DNA of 64,000 nucleotides from Vezdaea acicularis (taxonomy: Eukaryota), in assembly GCA_026025075.1 (NCBI GenBank), contig JAPEUI010000007.1:1-64000 (forward strand), given 5' to 3'. Positions 11,431-23,377 of the stretch are shown piece after piece. The position numbers and the translations under genes were made by a program. A model generated the notes under the pieces. That model did not search any database. It was not told where the DNA came from and saw only the letters and a program-made list of their open reading frames with translations. Position 1 is the stretch's first letter. Each line of letters begins with the position of its first letter.

Positions 11431-13254
11431 GGGTTTATGGCCGAACACCATGATTGCGCAAGTAGAGGCGGTGGCCGTTGCGATAGGCAGCTGGCAATGG
11501 GCCTGATTGGCGTCATCAGTAGAAGGGAAGGCGGGGTCACTAGGCATGGGAGGACCGGTTCATGATCCTTTAGCATCGGGACAGACGGCGTTGAATGGAC
11601 TCGCAGACATGTCTGACGTTGGCAAGCAGACGCGGGCGCAACTGAATTAGACTCCACGACAGGCTTGCGCCAAGCAGCTTCAGTCATCAATAACTCAGCA
11701 TGCAGCATGAGGCGCAGGGATGGGGAAGCGAGGTCAGGGTCCTGGCATCTGATATGTGGACGTCCTGTGACGCCCCGCAGGGAAGGTTAAAAGCTTCCCA
11801 GCGTCGTCGCCAGGATCAGTCGGAGTGGAAGGGCGCATGCTGCGTGTCCCGGCATACGGCATACAGGAGGCTTCCATGACCCTATGCACGGAAGAGTTCC
11901 GTGTCCAGTGAGGAGGAAGGCCAAGGACAAGAGAAATGCTGTCCACGATCGGTCTGACATTCGCGACCATACTCGAAGGGGGACGCCGGTTTGAATGTTG
12001 CAGATGTTGGTGTACGATGAGTGGTGAGGACGGACTCAAGGGATGCGAGAAAGACGGTTTAAGTTGCGTGCCAAGTGCCACCACTCGCAAGGAAGACGCC
12101 TTTCGAACCCTAGAAGAACATTCCTTGCTGGGGCTTGAAGACGGCCACGATCTGATGGTGTGATCATCGAGGGCAATCAGATAAACCACCCCGTCGCCTT
12201 ACCGTACGATGGCTTACCTAGTCTACGCCAGGGGCCCGTCAGCAATTGCCTTCCCCATATGGGTCCGCTTGGGCCTGTATCGCAGACGGCGGCGGGCAGA
12301 ATGACCCGGACGACGAAGAGTAAGTGGCTTCTGCACGAGCGACCGCATCCAGAAGAGGTCCGCGAGATGTTGAAGTTTCGCGAAAAGAAAGCAGCGGCAC
12401 GAACATATGCCGATTCTCAATGCCTTGATGAACGAAGGCTGCACGGGGTGTTCGCGAGGTTCCTTTCCCATGCCGTCGCGATCTTGGCGTTTTGTGCGTC
12501 CTGCTCATGCTCGCTCCGCCGTAGTTTTAAAACAGCGTCATGGCCCGAACGATTTGTATTAATCAGCCAAGGGGCCCACGCATTCACCATCATTCACTCT
12601 TCCAAATTGCCTTTTTTGTCCAGATCCCAAACCGTCTGCAATTGCGGCCTCCTTCCCCCGATTTTGGGCGCCACAAGAGCCCTCGATCTGCACGATCTCG
12701 GTGCCGTCGAAAAGTAGAGGAAACCCTCGATAAAGCGGCGAGGCTGGTCGACTAGGCTCTTCCGCAACCGCTGTGAGGCGTGTGCATCATAGCCTGGGCT
12801 AACGACGCTTCCGCAGAAAGCCACTATAATACACCTCATCACCCCCTCTCGTGCGGCATCAAGAGACGTCCGACTATTTCACGACACCACCTACCTCGAA
12901 AACGACCACAGCCGTTGGATGCTACCTACCCCTGCCATCCGTTAACATCATTCCTCCCTTTGAAACCATCAGCTGCGGGGTTACGTCCGATCACTTGAGA
13001 TCAACGAGTCTTCAGCCTCTGCATATGGTCGTCTACATCACTAATTCACGACTCTTCTACATCTGTACGATAGTCTTGAACCTGTCACCTCATTCTATAC
13101 GACCCCTGGAAAAATTCAACGTCGTTCTGTGTGGCCCAGAGCCAAGTTCTACTTAGGGTCAAAATCTTAGGGCTCCGTGGGTATTTCCATCAATAATTCT
13201 ATTCACCGCACCAGTCTAATCATCAGTCACTACGTCTAGCTTGTTTTCAACGCA

Positions 13255-15281
13255 ATGGCTTCCACATACGCACAACAACTTGACTTGTCTCCCAATCAAG
13301 CGGACCTTCTTCGCGCTGCTTTGTCATCTAACAGGACCAGCAGTGGCAGTGCATCCCGCTCAAGCCAAAACCCCCGGACGCACTCCTCCCCTGACATCCT
13401 GAAGCTGGGCCAGTTGCAGACATCGCCACAGCTTTTCCAAGGCGCTGGTTCCGGTAGCTTCGAGGGGTCCAGGCTTGATGATAGCCCCTTCATCGACTTT
13501 GATCCTGATTTTGACTACGACGGCAATTTTGAATATGATGGTAGCAATTCCCTCAACGGCCAGATGATCGGCGCCCTTCCCGGTACATCTGATTCGAGCG
13601 GTCATGCTGATTCAAACGGCAAGAGAAAGAGTTTTGATGGCTATGAAGAGGAGGAGGATGGTGGTGGCAAACGTCAGGAAACGGATGACAAGACTGCTAA
13701 GAAGCCAGGCAGGAAACCTCTGACATCCGAACCCACCTCGGTCAGTACTCATAAATTTCTTCGGATTGCGCAGGGTTGTTAAGCTAACAGAACGTAGAAA
13801 CGCAAGGCCCAAAATAGAGCCGCGCAGCGCGCCTTCCGCGAGCGAAAGGAGAAGCACCTCAAGGATCTTGAAACAAAGGTAGCAGATCTAGAACAAGCCT
13901 CCGAGTCTGCGAATCACGAAAATAGCATGCTTCGTGGCCAAGTCGACCGTCTGCAGAATGAACTCAAAATATACAAAAAGAGACTTACCATGAATGGTGG
14001 TAGTGGCCCCAGTCGATCCCCTTCTCTTAACTCTGGGACTCAATATGGGGGGAACAACTTCCAATTCGACTTTCCTAAGTTTGGAAACCTTCCCGTTTCG
14101 CAAATATATAGCGGTGGTCGTTCTAGTAGCCACCAGGATACCAAGAAGAGCTCTACATCCTCACCTTCACCAGTACGGTATCGCCAAGGGAGCAGCAACT
14201 CTGTTGGCTCAATCAATGAAAGCCCTAATCAGAATCATGGGGTTCGGAACAACTCATACAATTCTAACTTTAGCAGCCACCGTACGTCGATGGACAACGC
14301 AAACCAGCACGGCGAGACGGACCCCCTCTCTGGCTTGTTCAGTCCTAGTGCTTTGGATCGTATGACATCCTCTCCTTCGGACTACTCTTCATCTAATGCA
14401 GTTATGGGGGCCACAAATCAGAACCATCGCAGAAGCTTGGAGAGTAGTGCTCCATTTCTGAATGGTGGGGCGAACCATTCAATGACTGGTTCTCCGTCTG
14501 CTTCTTCTGTTTCTCAGCACGGGCCTGGCTCATCTTGTGGTACATCTCCAGAACCTTCAAATCATTCGCCTATGAATGGGCAGGCAAAAGATAATGGACT
14601 GAACACCATTAATGAGGAACGCTCCCACCAAAGCGGCTCGAACACGGAGGTCTCGTTCAATGATAACCTTGACCTTGCGTTCGACAACATCAGCAACACC
14701 ATTCCGAGATCGACGCCTTATCCTACTCCCACTTCTATGGCTAAAGCGCCAGGCCCTGACGTCAATGGCATTGATTGGCTGGCGCAGCAAAACGGGGGTG
14801 CCTTCAATCCGGAGCTCTTCGACAACTATCGTGAGCCTCAAGACGCTATAGCTGGTGGCGATCTCAGTGGCTTCTTTGACGAAGCTGCTTTTGCCATGCC
14901 AGATTTCAGTAGCCCGTTCAATTTTGGCAACGATAGCCCCCAAACGCCAGAGAAGGAATTCTTCCAAGATATGGGAAGGAAGAGCAGTGCTGCTGAGTCC
15001 CTGCTGAAGTCTCCTGATCGTAGTAAGATGCTCAACTGTAACAGCATATGGTAAGCACAACTTCCAATCGTTATTGTCTTGAGACTCTTAGAAACTTGGG
15101 CTAACATATTCTCTGAAGGGATCGCATTCAAAGGAACGAGAAGTTCCAAAACGGCGAGCTGGATGTCGAAGGTCTCTGCTCTGAACTAAAGTCAAAAGCA
15201 AAGTGTAGCGAGAGCGGAGTTGTCGTCAATCGCGACGAAGTAGACAAGCTCTTGATGCAGCCCACCAGCAATTCAAAGTAG
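13255..15281 (+). CDS. YAP1: AP-1-like bZIP oxidative-stress transcription factor (Yap1/Pap1 family)
   Basis: KKPGRKPLTSEPTS|KRKAQNRAAQRAFRERKEKHLKDLE bZIP; c-CRD LNCNSIWDRIQ...LDVEGLCSELKSKAKCSESG. Introns 13741..13797 and about 15051..15118. A probable 5'UTR intron acceptor (CTAAT...TAG) lies near 13239. Confidence 0.93.
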
Positions 15282-16756
15282 ATAGAGGCTCCCAGCATTC
15301 AGCTGAGCAGGGGGGGTATCTTATGGCGTTTGGCGAGTACACTCGCAGGATATAATGGATTCACGACTAGTTCGTTTTCTGATTTTGTACGCGTTCCTTT
15401 CGAATATATACACATGGTTCCACAGTAACTATGTGAGATGGGGAGTTGGCGGGCTTGGTCTCTATGGCCAAATGTTCCCCTTGCACGCTTGATTCTGATA
15501 CTGGCAAGCTCATTGTAAATCAATGAATAGGAAAAAGCGAATCTTCATATAAAGTTATCTCAATACCGTGAAGGGCAAGCCCGATCATTGCGAGGAAGTG
15601 GACTTGATATCTCCGGCTGTATGAAAGTGAAGGAGTCTCCAACGCGCCCTCGCAATGCACATGCTGCCCACTTGACTCCCGCCAAGAATCCTGAACCCAT
15701 TCAAGCCTTCCATGCATCCCTTGGCTATCCCGACGTCCATCAAGCGCTATCAATTCCATTTACCCTGCCCTTGTCAACCCTCACCTACTCCCCATCCTAC
15801 TCTCTTTCAGCGCAGCCATGGAAGTATTATATGAGATTATATCTATCCCGCTCCTCCTCCCCGGCAGTCAGTAACTCCACACTTCCTCTCTTCTAGTGCT
15901 TTATCGTGACAATTACTCCAAATACTACTCTCGCTGCTTTACCCAGCTACTCCCATTCGCTTTCTGCCGCACTTTCCCCCCATTTCAAGCTCTGAAGGCG
16001 CCGAGATCCCGTCTTGGCACCTGCGATCCTGGGTTTGTAGAGGGCTACGATGCGCATGTGTGGTGGGTCGTGGCTGGTGAAGGGAGGGTATTTGGATTAC
16101 TCTTCCCCATTCGCTCCGAGGCAAACCTTAAGCTTAAGTCCAAGCGCCTACCACCGCCTGTCAGAAATAAGATCCGCTCGATCGCGTGGATTTGGACCGT
16201 GCCGTGTTGCACCCAGCGCCAGACCCGCGTCACATGGAGTTGCGTCCTGGATAGCGGGGTAGCATGTAGATATCCATTGACCACCAAGCGTACCATCACT
16301 CATTGGCCCCCATAACTTCCATCTCTCGGCACCTGTACCCTGGAGAGCCTTATCTGATGGTCTACTCATACGCGCGAACTCCTGATCCCACTAGCTATCC
16401 ACAATCCCACCCCGCAAACAATTCCCCCTCCGAGGCCCGCCATCCATCTCCCATCGCGGAAGCCAAGCCGATCCACGCCCCATTCGACAAAAGGCGTTAA
16501 ACCTTCCTTTAACTCTAATCCCGCATGGCACAACCCAGATAACGACAAACCCTCCCCCAAAAGCCCGTCATACGCCTATAGCGAATTTGGAATTTTGGCG
16601 TCCCCCGGATCGGCATCGCCAGCAAGATTGGCGCTTTCTCGCTTGCGGTAGCCGAACGCCGCCGCGCCGCTCGCTAAGTATGGGGAGAGCGCCCGTTCCA
16701 CGAGCCATCCGGCAGCCGTGCGCGCCCCAAAAAGAAGGGTTTCGCGTATATCACAC

Positions 16757-16860
16757 CATGCGATGACGTACCGCCCTAAACTGTTATTCGGGTCAATGGA
16801 GCGGTGATCATTGGGTCTAGAGCGATGAAATGATTGATGGGCTAGTATGGCAGTCTGACA
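16757..16860 (+). ncRNA. Candidate box C/D snoRNA (unverified)
   Basis: GCGATGA at 16760 and 16822 (C- and C'-like) and GTCTGA at 16853-16858 (D box). The internal complement GTAC.GCCC/GGGC..GTAT could pair. Intergenic location. No rRNA target identified. Confidence 0.25.
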
Positions 16861-17755
16861 GCTGACGTGCATTATCTCGCTCTCTCGGCATGCCTTCCGT
16901 TTGCGGGATGCTGGAAGGGGGCAGTCGCTCCGGGGAGACGGAGAGGGATCATGTTGAGGGAGCCTGAGGGGGCTGGGGATGAGTAGGTAGGAAGCGGGAT
17001 GCGGGAAGAGCGGGGAGTAATCACGGTAGAGAGGCGGGGACCATTCCGCGCGGGATGAGGATGGGGAGATGGACCCTTTTAGGTTTACTGATCGGGCGTG
17101 CGGTATCGGAGGTTGAGGAGTTGATATGTTTGGGATAGAAACGGGACTTTTGATTATTAGACTGGGAATGGGTGGAAGGGGGAAGTATACAGGACTTGTC
17201 ACCAACATCCGAAGAATATTGTAGTGTGATATGTTGTTACTCAGGCAAACCGTAACCTCACTAAACTAGGTGATCATTGTACCAGCAGCCCATCCACATG
17301 CTTTTTTCTCATTTTATCGAGCACTATTTATCGAGCAATAGATAGCCACGGCCTAATCTACAAGAAGATCCATACCGTCGACCCCTCTATGTCGTAGAGC
17401 ACAGCGCAGGTATAAAAAGACGGCAACTATCAGAAACGAAGAGCAAGAGGCGCAGCAACAAGAGTGCTAAACGCTAAGGGCCGTCCACGAAGTGCTTCCT
17501 TCTAGCCAAACTTCGGATCAAGTCCATAAGAGGCAAAGGGAAAAGGCACGAGTTCTATTCGTACCGGGTAACGCAGCGTATTGAAGACATCGAATGGGTA
17601 AAGAGCGCAAGTGGGACGTAGAGAGTAGCCCGTTTGGTGAGAGAGGCGCATGCTGTAGACGGGTGCATGTCTAGCTATGTCGCGATCATCGCTTAGACAT
17701 GATGCCGTTTTAGCCATGTGGACTTTCAAACCCTTCATGAAGGGTATTTGCGAGC

Positions 17756-20168
17756 TTAAGAGTCGCCGCCAGATGGTGTCGCCGCTGGAGTAGCGGGAGT
17801 CGATGATGCAGGCGTCGTCCCTTCGCCTCCCTTGTTGTAATTACCTCGACCGCCACGGCCCCCACGCCCACCTCGCTCACCGCGCTCACCACGCTCGCCC
17901 CTGAAGCTCCCACGACCGCCACGTCCACCGCGTCCACCTCTTGCGGTATCACTATCGCTGGCACTCCTATAGCCGGTTCCAGCTCCAGTGTTGGGTCCAC
18001 CGCGGTTGCTCCCTTGCCACCTACCCGCTCCACCTTCGGCATGATCGCCCCTAGGGAAGCGTCGACGGTCCTCATACGGACGAAGGTGAGGGATATCTCG
18101 GCGACCGCTCGGGCCCGTTCGTTCAGCCGGCTGGCGATCCAACGCCGCCTTTGCATCCTCGGGAGTCTTGAAGTGGACGGTAAAGGTACTGTTATTTCCA
18201 GTGGTGACTTTAACTATCTTTAACTTTTCCTCATCCGAGAATAGGTTACGCGTGGCATCCTCGCTCGACATGTTCTGAACGAAAATACCCGTACTGGGCT
18301 TGTTTTCGACTGGCGACGAACTCTTCGCGTTTGTTGGCGTGGCGTTCTCTGCTGCAGATGTTCCATTTCGGGTAGTCTCCGCTTTTGTGGTGCTTGGCTT
18401 TTGCTCGGCAGCTTGAGGAATATTGACCTTCTGCCCAGTGGGTTGAGGTGTTGCAGGCTTCGCCTGCGAGGCAATCGGAGCGGCTGGAGATGGGGTGTTT
18501 GCGGTGGGCCCACTCGGTGGCTTTGTCTGCTGCTGAGTTGGCTGATTTCGCTGAGCCTGAGAATAGGGTTGTTGAGGGGCCTGTCGATTTTGTCCCACAC
18601 CAGCTTGTGCCGGGGCTTGAGTGACGTTGGTGGTGCTTGGAGGTCCTGACCCTGTGATTGGTGCAGAAGTTTGTGTCTGAGGAGGGTTCTGGGCATGCTT
18701 TCCTGTACGGTGAGCAAAGTTAAATCCTTGAGCCTTCATTTCAGTTCCAATTCTACCTCCCTCGACTTCAAGAACAAGCCAGCCGAAGGATGCATCTGCT
18801 AGATTGAAGTTCCACATGTTCTTGAATGCACTCTCATCAACTTGACCACCAGCATTGGGTCCGTTTACGGGCCCACCAAAAGGGTTGCCGCCATTCGCGA
18901 CGCCTGGCATCCTTTGCACGATGTCTAGCGCATTCGCAAGGAGGACCTTTTGTGACTCATTCTGATCGACCGCGGGCTCGACCTCCGTCTTGACTGTCTC
19001 CCATACGTCATTGAAAGAAGCTTTTGAGGCTGCAAGTTTGCCACGATAATGGTCGAGAGTAGGATTGACACTAAATTCGTTGTAAGAGCTGCCGTAGCGG
19101 AAATGAAGACCTGCAGATATTGAAAAGTCTGCCTTAAGCGTTACCGAAAGCTGGTTGAGGAGGCCTTCCCGGGCTGGAGAAGCATGAGTAACAAAGATTC
19201 GGGTCTCAGTAGGATCGTAAACGCGGTTTGCAGTATCCACAAGCTCGCCCATCTGTAACAACGTCGTCCACATAGTTCCTTGTCCACCTGCAATCGTAGT
19301 ACGGCCCTCACCATTGTCGAACAGTTTGTGCATCACAACCGCACCGCCAAGACCAAGGATTCGTAGCTTGACGCCTCCAATTTCAAGCAACCGTGAGTTC
19401 GCCTCATCGATGATGTGCAGTTTTTCGATCTTGTATTCGCTAGACCGGAATTTCTCTAAGACTCTTACGTCCTCACAAGCACCCCACACAGCGTAGACCG
19501 GGACGTCTAGAGTATAGGTCTTGTTGAGAAAAAGAGACAGCTCTGAAAGAGGGAGCTCGCCGGGCGCAAACCGTTGCCTAGCTTGTTGTTGCCCTGGTTG
19601 TTGGATAGACTTCTTGACCGATTCACTAAGTAGAGGTGAATATTGAGCAACGTGCTTCAGAGTCCTAAAGAGTATGAACGTTAGTATCGGAACAAAATAG
19701 ACGTGCGCCCAATGTTGAGGATGATGAAGTAGGCTTACTTTTCGGCGATTCGCTCTATGGAGCTCTCATCATAGAAACCAAAGTCTCCAGTGTGGATTAT
19801 GTGGTCAGCTCTGGCTTGTTTTGCGAGGTCGTTGAGGGATCTCAGGTTTCCTAAACACTCATCAGTACAGCAAGTTTGCTTTCGGGAAAGGTTAGTACCT
19901 CTAACATCCGCCACACATAGAACCCGACCTCCACTGGTTTGTATGACTCGTCCATTACTTGGAGGAAGCACGCCAGTACCTGCTGCTGGCCCTGCACCTG
20001 GAGCTCCAGAAGCACCGTTGGAGAGGTAGCCTGGTTGGGTATTGAAGGGGTGCGAGCGTTGCTAGTACATTGAAACTAGATTAGCATTCACTCGTAGATT
20101 GCGCATTGAATACATCAGAGAAGGGACTAGGACTAGATCATCCAGAAGGCTCTACTTACAGCGGCCAT
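17756..20168 (-). CDS. DUF2433 / calcineurin-like metallophosphoesterase-fold protein with an RRM-like segment and RGG-rich C-terminus
   Basis: Spliced MAA|QRSHPFN...RVLCVADVRG|NLRSLNDLAKQARADHIIHTGDFGFYD...VWGACEDV...THASPAREG...SAGLHFRYG, ending in a C-terminal RGGRGGRG tract. Three introns near the 5' end. Confidence 0.82.
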
Positions 20169-20564
20169 AGCAAATGGGATGCAGTGTCGTAGAAGGCTAA
20201 GCGGAAATGAAGTTGGGCGTCTTGAGCTTCGAGAAGAATTTTAGAGGCGATATGTCCGACGGATCAATATTAAGCTGATTATCCAAGGAAAGGAATGCTT
20301 AAATTTGGATCAGTTCGATCTGTGTGTTCGGAGTTTTTGAGAGTGTGATTAGAATCGGAAGAAGTCTAGGCTTGTCGGAGCGGATGAGGTGAGAGACAAT
20401 GATTTAGAAGAGCGAGCATGGAAGCGGACACAAAATCAACATGTCTGTCGCCAAATTCGGAAGTCGTGTGCAGACCATGGTTCTAGACAAGCAAAAACCA
20501 CAAAACTTTCTATTCTTCAGATAACTTTTCGCATCGTTGAATTTACCCAATATATGCTCCCAAA

Positions 20565-22821
20565 ATGGCAGATCTTAATTCCTGGGAGGATGATCCATCT
20601 GCTCAGGACGAGAATCTTGCAAGGCAAACTCAACAGAACTTGAATCTTAGACCAGGCGTCAATGCGTTCCAACCTGGAGCGCAGTCATTCCAACCAGGCC
20701 AACAATACACACAATACCAAAACCAAGGCCAATACTATAACCAAGGATATGGCCAGCAGCAGGCATACGGGTACCCGCGGTATGGGCAAGGTCAGCAACA
20801 ACATGATCAGTACGGGCAATATGGGCAGGGTGGATATAATAACGTTTACGGCCAGCAATACCAATCTTCAGCGCAGGCGCAACCAACCCAGCAACCTCAA
20901 CAAAGGCAGGCGCCTATAATTGCGAAAAGGCCACTAGTAGATGGAAATGGCGCAAACACACCGAGCACAACTCCTCAAGCGGGGAATAATGCGACAGCGG
21001 GGCAAGCCTCGAAACCTACTGTTACAAAAAGTGAAGGCGGAGCTAAGGTTCTTTCAATCGGCAGGGACGTTCCAGCACCTAAAGCCAAAGTGTTAACGAT
21101 TGGTGGGCCTTCAGCTACACCGGATACTAAGAAAGAACAATCTGCTGAGGAGGGAGCAAAGGTTGCAGCGGTCAAAGCTATCGAAAAGACCCAACCGCCA
21201 GCTGAGAAGGGGTTGAGCGGCACAACCTCACCATCGCCGTCTTCGGGGAAATCATCTCCGTCACGTGGCGACACTAGAGCTGCCGTGCGCGCAGCAGATG
21301 CTGTAGAGAAGGAACAAACGGCAGATGTAGATCAAGATTTACTTGAGGAGGTTTATGGTAAAGAGCATGTGAACGTAATCTTCATTGGCCATGTCGATGC
21401 AGGGAAGTCTACACTAGGGGGTAGCATCCTCTACGCAACTGGTATGGTGGACGAGCGGACCATGGATAAGTACAAGAGAGAAGCAAAGGAGGCAGGCCGA
21501 GAGACATGGTATCTATCATGGGCTCTAGATCTCACAAAAGAAGAACGATCGAAGGGTAAGACAGTAGAGGTTGGCAGAGGGTATTTCGAGACTGAAACCC
21601 GACGGTATTCAATCCTAGATGCTCCAGGTCATAAGACATTCGTACCAAGCATGATAGGAGGAGCTTCACAAGCTGATATCGGCATTTTGGTCATAAGCGC
21701 GCGAAAAGGGGAGTACGAAACTGGATTCGAGAGGGGTGGCCAGACTCGAGAACATGCAATGCTTGCAAAGACTCAAGGGGTTAACAAGCTCATTATTGCC
21801 GTCAACAAGATGGATGACCCGACCGTCGAGTGGAGCAAAGAGCGATACAACGAGTGTATCACGAAGCTTACCGTATTCCTAAAAGGGACAGGCTATAATC
21901 CGAAGACCGGTAAGTGTAGCATCCAAGTTATCTAAAGGAACCATAGCTGATTCTCTAGATCTCATGTTCATGCCCATATCTGCACAAACAGGTGTTGGAA
22001 TAAAAGATAGGGTTCCCAAGAGCCTGGCTCCGTGGTACGAGGGGCCTGCGTTGCTTGAGTACCTTGATAGCATGAAGACTCTTGAGCGTAAACTTAATGC
22101 TCCATTCATGATGCCAATAAGTGCAAAGTATAGGGTATATCGCATCAACTTTCCTTTACGTACCCCTTTCATTAACAAACGAATAGGACATGGGCACAAT
22201 TATTGAAGGCAAGATCGAAGCTGGCGTAATCAAGAAGGGCATGCCCCTCATCATGATGCCAAATCGTGACAAAACCGATGCTGCAGCTCTCTACACAGAG
22301 ACGGAAGAGGAAGTCCCAAACGCCAGCTGTGGCGAGCAAGTACGCATTCGTATAAGGGGGATTGAAGAAGAGGACATCCTACCGGGCTTCGTGCTCTGCT
22401 CGCCAAAGCGACTTGTCCACTGTGTCAGCACATTTGAGGCGCAGATTGTCATCATTGAGCTTAAAAGTATCCTATCGGCAGGTTTCAACTGCGTGATGCA
22501 TATTCATTCTGCAATTGAAGAAGTGACTTTCGCGGCACTCTTACATAAACTTGAGAAGGGAACAGGACGGAAGAGCAAGAAACCTCCTGCATTTGCAGCG
22601 AAGGGTGCAAGTATCATCGCGCGCCTACAGATCATAGGTGGGACTGGCGCTGTATGCGTGGAGCGGTTCGAGGACTATCCACAATTGGGACGGTTCACAC
22701 TAAGAGACCAGGTAAGCTACAATGCATCTAAAAACCATTGTAACTTCTAACAGCCTCGGCTCAGGGGCAAACCATTGCCATTGGCAAGATCACGAAGCTC
22801 ATCATGGACGCTCCTGCTTAA
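20565..22821 (+). CDS. SUP35: Translation termination factor eRF3 with Q/N/G/Y-rich N domain
   Basis: GKEHVNVIFIGHVDAGKST, DAPGHK, NKMD GTPase motifs; C-terminus GRFTLRDQ|GQTIAIGKITKL. Three introns. Confidence 0.97.
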
Positions 22822-23377
22822 AGGGACCAGTCTTGTCTCATGGATTCTGTGAGATGTATCCAAGGTTAGAAATGTGGCCTGCACTATGTATGCCATGGGT
22901 TCGGTTCAACATTTATGGCTCACGAACCCTGCATGAGTAAATGGACCAAAAAGCATTTTAGATAGAATCTGCAACTTTGCTTGATGATGTGCGTGTTTGT
23001 TCAATATGACTAGCCTTATTGATATTGACGTGGCTTCCAGCTGGCGACCTGAACCCAGTGCTTTCGTTCGCACATCATGATCGAGGGATGTGGCTTCATC
23101 ACAAATCCACAGTTCTTATCAGCTTTCTTGCAAACAGCAAAGGAACGAAGCCGTTTTGCATGCTACTACCGAAACCTTGACATCTTCTGAAGCCACCTCG
23201 TTCAATTACAAGTAAAGTATTATGTCGATGGACTCCGGTCGTTAAAGGCGTGAGCTCTTCTCATGAGGTCGTAAAGCTCTTGATCGCTGGAAACAACAAA
23301 CACACCGCCCGCCTGCCACTATCAAGCCCAACCCAAATAACCACTTCTTACATATCTTCCTCGGATAGGCCATTCTA

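Noticed and set aside
16700..16860. U3 snoRNA or telomerase RNA
   Set aside because: No box A (AGGATCATTTC) is present, the domain is too short for U3, and I saw no TAACCCTAA template.
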